This document shows, piece by piece, positions 45,020-54,998 of a stretch of DNA of 64,000 nt; positions within the stretch are counted from its first letter, which is position 1; each line of letters starts with the position of its first letter. A model generated the notes under the pieces. That model made no database searches. It saw nothing but the letters and a program-made list of their open reading frames with translations, and was not told the DNA's origin. Origin of the DNA: Candidatus Thorarchaeota archaeon AB_25 (GTDB lineage: Archaea > Asgardarchaeota > Thorarchaeia > Thorarchaeales > Thorarchaeaceae); the NCBI GenBank assembly GCA_001940705.1, contig MEHG01000001.1:25128-89127 (forward strand). The letters run 5' to 3'. A program made the translations under genes and the position numbers.

Positions 45020-45511
45020 ATGGAGAAACTGCTACTTGTCGATATGGACAAATGCACTGCATGTAAGCAGTGCACTCTTGCATGTTCTCTTATCAAGGAG
45101 GATCTGTTCGATCCCCTGAGAGGCAGAATAAAAATTCTGAAGAAAGAGGATATTGCACTAGGACTTCCGCTTGTCTGTGAACAATGTGAATCATATCCAT
45201 GTGTTGCTGCCTGCCCGAATGGAGCACTATCAAGGGATGAAGCAACTGGAGTAATCACGGTTGACGAGAAACTCTGTACCTCTCAAGGGGCATGTGTCGA
45301 TGCGTGTATCTACCACTCAATTCGACTTCACCCTGAAACAAAGCAACCGATGTTTTGTGACCTTTGTGGAGGTGACCCATATTGTGTCAAGCATTGTGTG
45401 CCTGAGGCATTAATCTGGGTTGACAAATCTGATGAATCGGAGAAGATGAAGAAGAAGCTACGGTCAGCGCGAATGACTATGTATCGTGATCTCGAGAAGG
45501 AGGCGACATGA
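45020..45511 (+). CDS. 4Fe-4S poly-ferredoxin-like subunit
   Basis: Four Cys clusters: CTACKQCTLAC, CEQCESYPCVAAC, CTSQGACVDAC, CDLCGGDPYCVKHC. Confidence 0.85.
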   Translation: MEKLLLVDMDKCTACKQCTLACSLIKEDLFDPLRGRIKILKKEDIALGLPLVCEQCESYPCVAACPNGALSRDEATGVITVDEKLCTSQGACVDACIYHSIRLHPETKQPMFCDLCGGDPYCVKHCVPEALIWVDKSDESEKMKKKLRSARMTMYRDLEKEAT

Positions 45512-47439
45512 AAGTGTACGGACATCAAGGAAAGATATTGCATGTGGATCTGACCAAAGGTAAGACTTGGGTCGAAGACATACCAGAGGACTGGAGAAGG
45601 CTATATGTTGGGGGAAGAGGCATAAGCGCTAGACTCCTTTGGGATTATTGCAAGGATTCTGATATCACATGGGATGATCCTCGGAACATCATCATTTTTG
45701 CTCCGGGTGCAGTAACCGGTACAACAGCGCCGGCATCAGGCAGAACTTCTGTCACAACTATAGGTTGCACAACAGGACTCTACTTGAAGAGTAACACTGG
45801 AGGTCATTGGGGAGCTGAGTTAAAGTACGCGGGATATGACCACTTGGTTGTACATGGCGCGGCAAAGGAACCATCCTACATCCTTATCCAGGATGACAAT
45901 GTTGAGATTCGAAGTGCAAAGGATCTATGGGGCAAAGATATCGTCGAAACTGATACTCTTCTCAAGAAGTGGCATGGTGAAGACTCTCGTGGTCTGTACA
46001 TTGGACCAGCGGGAGAAAATCTGGTGAGAGCCTCCTCTATTATGTGCTCGCTCTACCATGCTGCAGGAAGAGGTGGAGGAGCTGCAGTGATGGCCAAGAA
46101 GAACTTGAAAGCCGTCAGTGTGAGGGGAACCAAGCCAGTTCGCGTGAAAGATACAAAGAAATTCGCAGAGGTTGCCCAAGAGATGCGTGAGAATCTTCGA
46201 GCGGATAGTGGGGCTCAAGGTTTGCATGAATTAGGAACAGCCGGTTCCATTCCGGCAATTAACGAGATGCACGCGTTTCCAGGGAAAAACTGGCAGACGG
46301 GTTACACTGAGAATGTATACCCAATCACAGGACAGGCACTGCATGAGCTTGGATACATGAAGAGACGTGTAGGATGCTTTGGATGTACTATAGGATGTCA
46401 TAGATACTCTGAGATTACTAAAGGACCCAACAAGGGAATTTCTAGTGGAGGTCCAGAGTACGAAACTTTCGGAGCGTTAGGAAATGGTCCCGGCATCATT
46501 GATACAGAAGGGGTTCTGATTCTCAACGAAATCTGTAATCGTCTAGGACTTGATACAATCACAGCAGGTACAGTCTCTCAGTGGGCAATCGAGAGCTATA
46601 AGAGAGGTGTGCTCACCAAAGAGGACACAGATGGACTCGATCTCGATTGGGGCAAACTGGAAGAAGTGAAGAAGATTGTAGAGAAAATCGCACTCCGTGA
46701 GGGAAAACTGGGTGACCTTCTAGGGGATGGCTTGAAAATTGCAACTGAGAAGATCGGCAAGGATTCCTACAAATGGGCAATCATGAATAAGAAGGGTCTT
46801 GAACAATCAAATGTGGAAACCCGGTCTGCTAAGGCATATGCTCTCGCTTTTGCTGTCAATGTACGAGGAAACGACCACCTTATGACTGAAACGTTTGCTG
46901 AGTTTGGTTCTAGTCCTGAGGCAGTTGACCTAATAGAAAAGCTCACAGGAGACAAGAAATGGGCATCTTCTTACTTCACAGAGTTCAGAGCGGAAATTGT
47001 ACGATGGCATGAGGACTGTTATGAAATCACTGAGGCACTAGGCTTCTGTGTATTCACATCAACAGCAGCCTTCGGAGTTAATCCCGACAATATGGCTCGA
47101 ATCTATGCAGCGGCGACGGGAATCGAGATGTCGGAAGAGGAGATGATGCTGACTGGTCGACGTGTCTGCACTCTAGAGAAGGCATTCAACATAACTAGGG
47201 GCGCAACCCGTGAACATGACAATCTTCCATGGCGTTTGATGAACGAGGGTGCAGCTTCTGGTCCACTTAAGGGAGAAACCAACTCTCAGAAGGAGCTAGA
47301 CAATGCTCTAGACCAGTACTATGGTTTGCATGAATGGGATTTGAAGACCAGCTGGCCATATAGAAAAACTCTGGAGAAGCTAAAACTCAAGGATGTAGCA
47401 GATCATCTAGACAAACTTGGTCTGCTTCCAAAGGAGTAG
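45508..47439 (+). CDS. aor: Tungsten-type aldehyde:ferredoxin oxidoreductase family protein
   Basis: N-terminal GKILHVDLTKGK...YVGGRGISARLLWD, 643 aa. ATGA overlap with the ferredoxin gene. Confidence 0.9.
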   Translation: MKVYGHQGKILHVDLTKGKTWVEDIPEDWRRLYVGGRGISARLLWDYCKDSDITWDDPRNIIIFAPGAVTGTTAPASGRTSVTTIGCTTGLYLKSNTGGHWGAELKYAGYDHLVVHGAAKEPSYILIQDDNVEIRSAKDLWGKDIVETDTLLKKWHGEDSRGLYIGPAGENLVRASSIMCSLYHAAGRGGGAAVMAKKNLKAVSVRGTKPVRVKDTKKFAEVAQEMRENLRADSGAQGLHELGTAGSIPAINEMHAFPGKNWQTGYTENVYPITGQALHELGYMKRRVGCFGCTIGCHRYSEITKGPNKGISSGGPEYETFGALGNGPGIIDTEGVLILNEICNRLGLDTITAGTVSQWAIESYKRGVLTKEDTDGLDLDWGKLEEVKKIVEKIALREGKLGDLLGDGLKIATEKIGKDSYKWAIMNKKGLEQSNVETRSAKAYALAFAVNVRGNDHLMTETFAEFGSSPEAVDLIEKLTGDKKWASSYFTEFRAEIVRWHEDCYEITEALGFCVFTSTAAFGVNPDNMARIYAAATGIEMSEEEMMLTGRRVCTLEKAFNITRGATREHDNLPWRLMNEGAASGPLKGETNSQKELDNALDQYYGLHEWDLKTSWPYRKTLEKLKLKDVADHLDKLGLLPKE

Positions 47440-47470
47440 AGGGGACAACTCCCCTCTTCTTTTCTTTTTG
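47438..47470 (+). terminator. Intrinsic-terminator-like hairpin plus T-run directly after the AOR stop
   Basis: AGAGGGGA (47438-45) caac TCCCCTCT (47450-57), then TCTTTTCTTTTTG. Confidence 0.55.
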
Positions 47471-47482
47471 CAAGCGTGATAA

Positions 47483-48499
47483 ATGATGAAAGGGTTCAAA
47501 GAATTTGGAGTTGCCATGACAGGTGTATTCCCTGTCAGTGAAGCCGTTGAATTAGCCAAGGTTGCTGAGAAATCCGGTCTTGGTTCTGTATGGTTTGCCG
47601 AGGACTATTTCTTCCGCGGGGGCATTCCTTACATGGCTGCAGCAGCAATGGCTACAGAGAAACTCAGGATAGGGTTAGGAGTTGTAAATCCTTACTCTCG
47701 ACACCCCGCACTGATTGCTATGGAGTTTGCAACGCTCGATGAGATGTCCAACATGAGGACTGTTTTTGGAATAGGTTCTGGAGTGCCCTTCTGGATGGAC
47801 CAGATGGGGATCTACGACAAGAAACCATTGTCCAGAACCCGAGCCTGTGTGAACCTTGTGCGAAAAATCATGACTGGTGAGAATGTCAATCATGAAGACA
47901 AGTTCTTCTCAGCCAAGGACATCAAACTTGTCTTTGAGCCAGTACGAAAGAGTGCACCGATTTACCTCGCCTTTGAGGGCACCCAGGGATTAGCTCTGTC
48001 GGGTGAGATTGGAGACGGTGTCATTTTGTCCATTTTCTGCAATCCCTCGTATGTCAAATTTGCATGGGACCGCGTAGCAGTGGGAGCTAAGAAGGTGGGA
48101 AAGTCGCTTGATGACTATGAGATGGTAGCATATATGCCAATGGTCATTAATGATGATCTCGATAAGGCAATCAACACAGCTCGCGAATTCACCAAGCTAT
48201 ATCTACCACATTCTCAGCCTGGAGGCCCTCTGATGGCCCACGCAGGTGTCAAATCCGAGGACACACATTCAATGAGTAAAGCAGCGGAGAAGGGCGATGA
48301 CGCATTGCTTTCTGAACTTATCACCGATGATATGGTTAAGGAGCTTTGTTTGGTCGGAGACAAAGAAGCTTGTATCAAGAAACTACAACAGATGATTGAT
48401 GCAGGTGTAAACACCATCGTTGCATTTCCAGTTCCTGGAACTGAACCAATAGATAATGCAAAGATACTGGGTACAGAATTCACACATCAAATGAAGTAA
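47483..48499 (+). CDS. LLM-class (luciferase-like, probably F420- or flavin-dependent) oxidoreductase
   Basis: Typical N-terminal FGVAM...AVELAKVAEKSGLGSVWFAEDY and IGLGVVNPYSRHPALIAME. Confidence 0.8.
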   Translation: MMKGFKEFGVAMTGVFPVSEAVELAKVAEKSGLGSVWFAEDYFFRGGIPYMAAAAMATEKLRIGLGVVNPYSRHPALIAMEFATLDEMSNMRTVFGIGSGVPFWMDQMGIYDKKPLSRTRACVNLVRKIMTGENVNHEDKFFSAKDIKLVFEPVRKSAPIYLAFEGTQGLALSGEIGDGVILSIFCNPSYVKFAWDRVAVGAKKVGKSLDDYEMVAYMPMVINDDLDKAINTAREFTKLYLPHSQPGGPLMAHAGVKSEDTHSMSKAAEKGDDALLSELITDDMVKELCLVGDKEACIKKLQQMIDAGVNTIVAFPVPGTEPIDNAKILGTEFTHQMK

Positions 48500-48513
48500 T
48501 AGGATTTAAGGAA

Positions 48514-49770
48514 ATGAATGAATCAGTAGAACCATTTTGTCTAGATGTAGCTGGAGAACCAGAACTTACACCCGATGTCAAGAAAAGAAACAGACAGATT
48601 GGGTATGTCACCGCATTCCTTACTGTTTTCACTCTTGGCACAACCGAGATCTTTGCCTCCTGGTACTCAACACAAATGGGTGGCACCCCACTCGAAGCGG
48701 GATTGGCTTTTGGTATATTTGGACTAGTCTACATGTTCTCACCAACAATTGGAGGGCGTCTTTCAGATACTAAAGGGCGTAAGAAGACACTCCTTCTGTC
48801 TACAGGAGGATACATCATTGTGATAATCCTGTACCTCCTACCGTTTGTGAGTGCTTGGCAACTCATCGCAATACGGGCGATAGAAGGTTTTGTTTTCGGA
48901 TTTGTCGCTCCGACCATAGAAGGAATGGTCAGTGAATTAGAAACTGAGTCCGAAGTTGCGACTTTGGGTAATTTCTCAACCTCGTGGAGTGCGTCGATGA
49001 TTCTTCCTCCAATGGTGATTGCATATCTATCAGGAGTGTATGGTGACACTTCTGGAATCTTCGTGGTTCTGGGAGTTGAAATTCTTGCTCTGATGATTGT
49101 TGCAGGACTTCTCCAAGGATATAGACGAAAACCTATCGAGTCATCAATATCCAACGTAGGAATCCTCCCATCAACAACCACAGCTCAAGTTGGAAGGGTG
49201 AGTAAGGCGTCACCCTTATTCATTGCATCGTATTTGTCGGTGATGCTCTGGGGTGTTGTTTCAACCATAGTTCTAGGTCTCTTTCCGTCGTATATCACAA
49301 TACTGAGTGATACAGGATATCCTTTCGGAGCGGAAGATTTTGGGAATCTCCTTCTCATTTGGAATCTGGCTCGAACATTGACTTTCATTGTAATTGCGAG
49401 AGTAGCTGGAGAAAGAATGAAACAGGCCATAGTTGCTGGAGCAGTACTTTCAATATTATCTGGTCTCATGCTCTTCCTCTTCATAGACGTCTGGATCTTC
49501 ACTATTGCAATGATTCTTTCGGGAATAGCTGTAGGCTTCAATTACCTGGGAGCTCTGTATCTAGTAGTATCTTCAACAGATATTGAGAAAGGAACACATG
49601 CAGGTTTGGTGGAGAGCATGGGTGGAGTGGGACTCTTCCTCGGGCCCATTGTAGGTGGATGGCTGATGGAGATCGGATTAACACTCCCATACCTCATGTG
49701 GGCATTACTAGGGATTGTTGTTCTAATCTTGATAGTGTTGCTTCTGAAGAAGGATAGCAAATATATCTAA
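48514..49770 (+). CDS. MFS transporter
   Basis: About 12 TM segments. Motif-A-like GGRLSDTKGRKK between TM2 and TM3. Confidence 0.75.
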   Translation: MNESVEPFCLDVAGEPELTPDVKKRNRQIGYVTAFLTVFTLGTTEIFASWYSTQMGGTPLEAGLAFGIFGLVYMFSPTIGGRLSDTKGRKKTLLLSTGGYIIVIILYLLPFVSAWQLIAIRAIEGFVFGFVAPTIEGMVSELETESEVATLGNFSTSWSASMILPPMVIAYLSGVYGDTSGIFVVLGVEILALMIVAGLLQGYRRKPIESSISNVGILPSTTTAQVGRVSKASPLFIASYLSVMLWGVVSTIVLGLFPSYITILSDTGYPFGAEDFGNLLLIWNLARTLTFIVIARVAGERMKQAIVAGAVLSILSGLMLFLFIDVWIFTIAMILSGIAVGFNYLGALYLVVSSTDIEKGTHAGLVESMGGVGLFLGPIVGGWLMEIGLTLPYLMWALLGIVVLILIVLLLKKDSKYI

Positions 49771-49783
49771 ACTTGATTCAGAG

Positions 49784-50548
49784 TTATCTCTTCAAAATAT
49801 CATCAAAAGACCCTTCAAGAGATGGAGGTTCATTGATTCCTTTCTTAGGTGGAAAAGGGTAGGCTACTTTGCTATGAGAGAGCCCAGATTCTACGAGCAT
49901 GAATGCAGACTTAATCGCCACTATCCAAGGATCGATAATTGGCACTTGCAACTCATCCATGATTGGTTTAAGGTTCACCTCATGGGATAGTGCTGTACAA
50001 CCAAGAACAATGACATCGGCACCATGATTCTCAATGAGTGTCTTACTCTCCTGAAGTATTGCTTTCTGTGCCTGTTCTGGTTTCTTTGCAATATCTAACA
50101 CAGGTATCTTTAGGTATCGAACTCCAGCGCAGAATGACTCCAATCCCTCTTTTCGAACACCATGTTCGATACACTTCTTCAGCGCTTCACCTTGGACAGT
50201 CACTACACCAAATCGCGTTCCAAGTGTGAGAGCTAAATGGAAGGCTGTGTTACGTGGACCAACAACAGGGACCTTCGAGACCTCGCGAGCCGCCTCAAAA
50301 ACTGGATCGCAAGCACAATCTATCACTATCACATCATAACCTTCGTTATTAGCTCGAACTATCTGTTCCAGAATGAAGGGAGCGTTGTACGCCTCATCGG
50401 TCAGTGATTCAACACTGTGTGTTCCATGCTTAGGTGTGAAATTACCAATCTCACAACCGGGTGGAGTGTGTAGCTCAACAAAGGATTTCTTCTTCGGATC
50501 TTTCCACCAGTCAATACCTGTTGCACCAATGAGGGCTAATCGTGTCAT
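49784..50548 (-). CDS. Asp/Glu/hydantoin racemase family protein
   Basis: Two catalytic-Cys contexts, VIDCACDP and LGCTALSH. I prefer the ATG at 50548 (GGAG upstream, MTRLALIGA) over the track start at 50575. Confidence 0.7.
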   Translation of the reverse strand: MTRLALIGATGIDWWKDPKKKSFVELHTPPGCEIGNFTPKHGTHSVESLTDEAYNAPFILEQIVRANNEGYDVIVIDCACDPVFEAAREVSKVPVVGPRNTAFHLALTLGTRFGVVTVQGEALKKCIEHGVRKEGLESFCAGVRYLKIPVLDIAKKPEQAQKAILQESKTLIENHGADVIVLGCTALSHEVNLKPIMDELQVPIIDPWIVAIKSAFMLVESGLSHSKVAYPFPPKKGINEPPSLEGSFDDILKR

Positions 50549-50599
50549 ATGATATCTACTCCTATGTGAATACATAGCTGGAATAGCTGACTCTCTGAA

Positions 50600-51736
50600 C
50601 TAATGTAGCCGCCCTATTATCTCTTCCATTGGTTTATACTCTAGTTCGGGATGACCGTATCTCTCTGGTGAAAATGCTTTCTTCCCAATCTCAGTACTTC
50701 CAGCAAAACGTAATCGCTCATGAGCAGGAACAGCTGTGACAACCACATCTAGACCTTCCTTGAGGTCGGCACTCATTATTCCATGACCTGTATCAGGATT
50801 ATGCAAACAGATGAGGTCTGGGAACATTACAACAGGTTCACCATCGCTCATAGCCATCATATACTCGTTCTTCACGACGACCTCGAAACGACCCTTGAGA
50901 CCCTCAGCTTTGAGTTGCACTAAGACATGCCAATGTCCCATGCGGTCCTCACCCTTGACCTCCTCTATTTTACCACGGGCTAACACTTGACCACCCATAG
51001 TGTCTAGAAATGCATCAATTGGGTTGTTCTTGTTCTCATTAGCATCTCGAACAGCAGCACCTAACTCAATTGACTTTGAGATGCTGTTTGGAATCACTGC
51101 TTTCTTCAATTGTGCTCCTGACTGGTAGTAGTGATTATTAGCTCCAGCACCACCGTCCTGAACTACAGCAAACCTTCCAATCTCATCTGCTAGCGCTGGA
51201 GAAGTTGTCTTGTCAACTATGATGATACTCCCATTCTTGGACACCACAGGCATGGGACATAGTTCTATCCCATATCCAACGAAAGTAATCATTTGAGTCT
51301 CAGGTGCGGATCTTCCTAATCCGTCACCATCAACGCTTGTTATACCAGCTCTGGCAGCTAGGGAAAGCATCACGGTTGTGTTTGTTCCACCGAGTTCAAA
51401 CGGAACTAAATGGTCAACTTTCTTTCCAGTGATTCGTTCAGATATCTTCATTGCTTCATAGAGCTCGTATCTGGTCTCCCAAGCCTCTAACATGTCACCA
51501 ATTGATGTGAACACCTTGACAGAACCCATGTAACCTCCACACACAATGAAGGCATCATCTTTGATGTCCTCGGGGGGGGTTATTTCGTAGACTCTTCCCT
51601 TGTCATAATCCCAATCTACCATGGGTTTGCCAAAGGATACAGGGTCTCCACCGCCGCCGGTTCCAAGTATTCCTACTCCTGTAAGCATATCATACGCGTT
51701 CTCTTTTGAAAGCCTCATTGCCTCAAAACCCCACAA
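50600..51736 (-). CDS. DUF917 family protein (paralog 1)
   Basis: N-terminal GILGTGGGGDP signature, ~370 aa, PFELGGTNT. Confidence 0.7.
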   Translation of the reverse strand: MWGFEAMRLSKENAYDMLTGVGILGTGGGGDPVSFGKPMVDWDYDKGRVYEITPPEDIKDDAFIVCGGYMGSVKVFTSIGDMLEAWETRYELYEAMKISERITGKKVDHLVPFELGGTNTTVMLSLAARAGITSVDGDGLGRSAPETQMITFVGYGIELCPMPVVSKNGSIIIVDKTTSPALADEIGRFAVVQDGGAGANNHYYQSGAQLKKAVIPNSISKSIELGAAVRDANENKNNPIDAFLDTMGGQVLARGKIEEVKGEDRMGHWHVLVQLKAEGLKGRFEVVVKNEYMMAMSDGEPVVMFPDLICLHNPDTGHGIMSADLKEGLDVVVTAVPAHERLRFAGSTEIGKKAFSPERYGHPELEYKPMEEIIGRLH

Positions 51737-51747
51737 ACGTACTCCAT

Positions 51748-52596
51748 CTAATCTGCGTTTCTTGTTCCTTCCATTGAATGAACAAATTTGTACCAGCGTT
51801 TCTTTGTACCGACCTTAGCACGTCGATTCCAGCTCCGAGACTTAGGAGCATCCTCAATCAGCTGAAGTAGCTTTTGAGCTTTAGAAATCACTAAGTCTTT
51901 CTGGTTCTGATCGATATCATTCAAACTGGGTACAAAGTCAATGAACTTCTTGATATTCTCAGTAACTGTGTAATAAAAGCCCCAGTCATCAGAGAGTATC
52001 TTTGAGATGTAATTGCCATTTACTGCATTGTCATCGTCTTCTTCATTCACATCATGTGCAAGGAATGTGATGACTAGATCTTTCAGGTCCTTTGCGTTTA
52101 TCTCAACAATCTGTGTCTTTTCCAAGAACAGCTCAGCTAAGGGTATTGTTGGTTGATCGACTTCTAGACGTTTGTTCTCCTTGAAGTCAATCTTGTGACA
52201 GAATTCAAGATGGTCGTAGAAAACATCGATTTTCCTACCGGTCCTTTGATCAATGAAGAGATCCCTGAGAGTTGATGCCCTTGCAAAGCTGGGTGGAACC
52301 CAGTGGTATCCAAGATCATCTCTGAAGAGATTAATCAATTTCTGCCGATGCTTGTAGTAAGAGACATAGTCGATGTCAGTCACTTCGCGGCCCATTTTGA
52401 TATGTAGGTCTGTGTATTCAGGGCTCTTTATTCTGAAAGCAAGGCAGCCTATTACTCTGAGAGGAATCCCTAGTTCATCTGCAACTTTCTCGATTCTTAT
52501 CGCTTCATCCATGAAATCATCAAGAATCGGACCATATTTACCTGTCACTTCTTGGTGCACCTCTCGGTCGGTATCTACAACGATGTAGTATGGCAT
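51748..52596 (-). CDS. Hypothetical protein (282 aa)
   Basis: Track ORF. A weak hint of a nucleotidyltransferase-fold motif (IGCLAF...TDIDYV) that I cannot substantiate. Confidence 0.45.
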   Translation of the reverse strand: MPYYIVVDTDREVHQEVTGKYGPILDDFMDEAIRIEKVADELGIPLRVIGCLAFRIKSPEYTDLHIKMGREVTDIDYVSYYKHRQKLINLFRDDLGYHWVPPSFARASTLRDLFIDQRTGRKIDVFYDHLEFCHKIDFKENKRLEVDQPTIPLAELFLEKTQIVEINAKDLKDLVITFLAHDVNEEDDDNAVNGNYISKILSDDWGFYYTVTENIKKFIDFVPSLNDIDQNQKDLVISKAQKLLQLIEDAPKSRSWNRRAKVGTKKRWYKFVHSMEGTRNAD

Positions 52597-52728
52597 TAAT
52601 ATCTTGTGTCATGGCAGTGATTTTTGTTTATTTTTCTAAGTCATATTAAATTAGTACAACGTCGTTATACCATTAAGGATTTAAACCAACAGAAGGAGAA
52701 CTCTCGCACAACAACCCGAGGTAATAAA

Positions 52729-53670
52729 ATGAGAATATTCCTAGCAGCCGATCCACATGGAAGTCAGCAGACATGGGAGAAAATGTGCAGAGCTCCTAAA
52801 GTGTTCAAGGCTGATGTTGCCATGATGTGTGGAGACCTCACAGGTAAGGCAATCATGCCGATCATTCAAGAGAAAGAAGACAGATGGTATGCGCAGCCAC
52901 ATGGGAGCAAGAAGACCTTCAAGAAACAGAAGGACCTCGATAGATTCGTCAAGTTCACAGAGGATGAAGGTTACTATCCCAAGATTTTGACACCTGAAGA
53001 ACTTGCCCAACTTCAAGAGAAGAAGGGAGCCATTACGGAACTGTTTCAAGAACTAATGGTCAAGAGAATTCAATTGTGGATGGATATGGCAAATGAGAGA
53101 ATTCCTGAAGAAGTCATGGTGGTTGTGAATCCAGGAAATGATGATGATTATTCGATTGATGAAGTCATCAAGAATGACCCCCGGATAATCTATCCACTTC
53201 AGAGAGTGGTAGATGTTAAGGGATACCCGATGATAAGCCTAGAATGGGTCAATTCCACCCCATGGAACACTCATAGAGAATGTTCTGATGAAGAGATGAT
53301 GGTAAAGCTCGAAGCTGAATTTGCACGACTCGAAACAGACGATTACTCTAATGTCCTTTGCAATTTCCATGATCCACCATATAATTCTGGACTAGATATA
53401 GCTCCAACACTAGACGAAGAATTCAAGATAAAGAAATCTGGTGCTATGGAGGTTCTAGGTCCTGTGGGCAGCAAGTCAGTTAGAGCAGTGATTGAAAAGT
53501 ATGAGCCACTTCTTGGCATGCATGGGCACATACATGAAAGTGTCGGATACCGTCAGATTGGTAGAACACTTTGTGTTAATCCTGGTTCAGAGTATAGAGA
53601 GGGAATTCTCAAAGGATTTGTCATCAACATCGAAGATGGCAAAGTCAATGCAGGTAGAGTAGAACTCTGA
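52729..53670 (+). CDS. Calcineurin-like metallophosphoesterase
   Basis: MRIFLAADPHGS, MCGDLTGK, NPGNDDD, HGHIHES. The ATG at 52729 has GAGGT 6 nt upstream, so the track start at 52624 is probably too early. Confidence 0.8.
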   Translation: MRIFLAADPHGSQQTWEKMCRAPKVFKADVAMMCGDLTGKAIMPIIQEKEDRWYAQPHGSKKTFKKQKDLDRFVKFTEDEGYYPKILTPEELAQLQEKKGAITELFQELMVKRIQLWMDMANERIPEEVMVVVNPGNDDDYSIDEVIKNDPRIIYPLQRVVDVKGYPMISLEWVNSTPWNTHRECSDEEMMVKLEAEFARLETDDYSNVLCNFHDPPYNSGLDIAPTLDEEFKIKKSGAMEVLGPVGSKSVRAVIEKYEPLLGMHGHIHESVGYRQIGRTLCVNPGSEYREGILKGFVINIEDGKVNAGRVEL

Positions 53671-53690
53671 TTTACGCTTCAATTTTGGAG

Positions 53691-53723
53691 AGTGCATTTG
53701 CACTTTCCTTTCTCCCTTTTTCT
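53691..53723 (+). terminator. Short hairpin plus T-rich run
   Basis: AGTGC attt GCACT, followed by TTCCTTTCTCCCTTTTTCTTC. Confidence 0.4.
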
Positions 53724-53816
53724 TCAACAATCTACAAAGCATTTCCTGATTCCATCGAAAATATATAGTAGTTAGCTTATACCATATTTAACAAGTTTAA
53801 TTTGGAATTGGTTCGA

Positions 53817-54932
53817 ATGGCACTTTTATTAAAGACCAGAACAGACGTTGAGGACCTCACCACAGGCTGCACATTTTTTGGTACAGGTGGCGGTGGTGAC
53901 AAAAAGCTGGGTTCCGAGATGCTCTATCCACACGTAGATGCAGGAAAGACGATTGAAATCGTAGATGCTAGTACTGTCAAAGATGACGACTGGGTTGCTT
54001 GTGCGTATTATTCTGGTACGATAGCTCCACCAACACCAGAAATAGAAGCTTTGCGAACCAGGTTTCCTTGGGACTATTATGAGAAGGAATTAGCCCTCGG
54101 TTTGGCTACACTTGAAGACCATATGGGTATCAAGTTTTCAGCTGTTGTACCATTTGAGTTAGGGGGTGTCAACACTCCAGCCCCAATTGATGCTGCAGTT
54201 AAGCATGGTATTCCGTGTGTTGATGGAGACTATGCTGCGCGAGCGGTTCCTGAGATTTGTCAAAACACTGTATGTGTCAAAGGCTATTCTATGGCACCAA
54301 TGGCACTCATTGATTGGTTTGGCAATAAGAGCATAGTAGAACATGTGATAAACTACGAGATGGGAGAAAGGCTCTCTAAGGCTCTTAGTGAAGTTGCATG
54401 GGGTAGACTAGGAAATGTTGCATTCCCTATGCAAGGAAAAGATTTCCAAGAAGTAATCATACCAAATACTCTGACAAAGAGCTACAATGTTGGAAAGATC
54501 ATTCGAGAGTGCAGAGAATCAGGAGATGACCCAGCCGACAAAGTAGTAGAGAAAGTTGGTGGATGGGTCCTGTTCAGAGGAGAAGTAGTTGGTAGAACCT
54601 GGGAGAATAGAGCAGGTTACATGTGGGGAGAAACGGAAATCAAGGGTTCAGGAGCCAAACCTGGCAAGATATTCAAAGTCTGGTTCAAGAATGAGAACCA
54701 TGTTACTTGGTTGGATGACAAACCCTGGGTTATGAGTCCAGACATTATTGAGATAATTGACGCTATGACTGGGGAGCCTATCACGAACACTGACATCAAG
54801 AAAGGAGACAAAGTCAGTGTGATAGGAATGAAGGGTGAATCAATCTTCAGAGGTCCTGAAGGCCTTAAGGTGTTGGGACCCCGCCATTTCGGATTTGATC
54901 TCGACTACAAACCAATAGAGGACTTAGTCTAA
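53817..54932 (+). CDS. DUF917 family protein (paralog 2)
   Basis: FFGTGGGGD signature, PFELGGVNT. ATG at 53817 (track TTG at 53802). Confidence 0.7.
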   Translation: MALLLKTRTDVEDLTTGCTFFGTGGGGDKKLGSEMLYPHVDAGKTIEIVDASTVKDDDWVACAYYSGTIAPPTPEIEALRTRFPWDYYEKELALGLATLEDHMGIKFSAVVPFELGGVNTPAPIDAAVKHGIPCVDGDYAARAVPEICQNTVCVKGYSMAPMALIDWFGNKSIVEHVINYEMGERLSKALSEVAWGRLGNVAFPMQGKDFQEVIIPNTLTKSYNVGKIIRECRESGDDPADKVVEKVGGWVLFRGEVVGRTWENRAGYMWGETEIKGSGAKPGKIFKVWFKNENHVTWLDDKPWVMSPDIIEIIDAMTGEPITNTDIKKGDKVSVIGMKGESIFRGPEGLKVLGPRHFGFDLDYKPIEDLV

Positions 54933-54998
54933 GATCATGAGGGTCTGCAGCTGCCTTAGCAGGCCCTCACACATCCAGAAGGAACCGTTTCAGCTGTT

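Noticed and set aside
51572-51579. G8 homopolymer (C8 on the coding strand) inside DUF917 paralog 1.
   Set aside because: The reading frame is intact (encodes ..ITPPED..). There is no evidence of phase variation from a single sequence.
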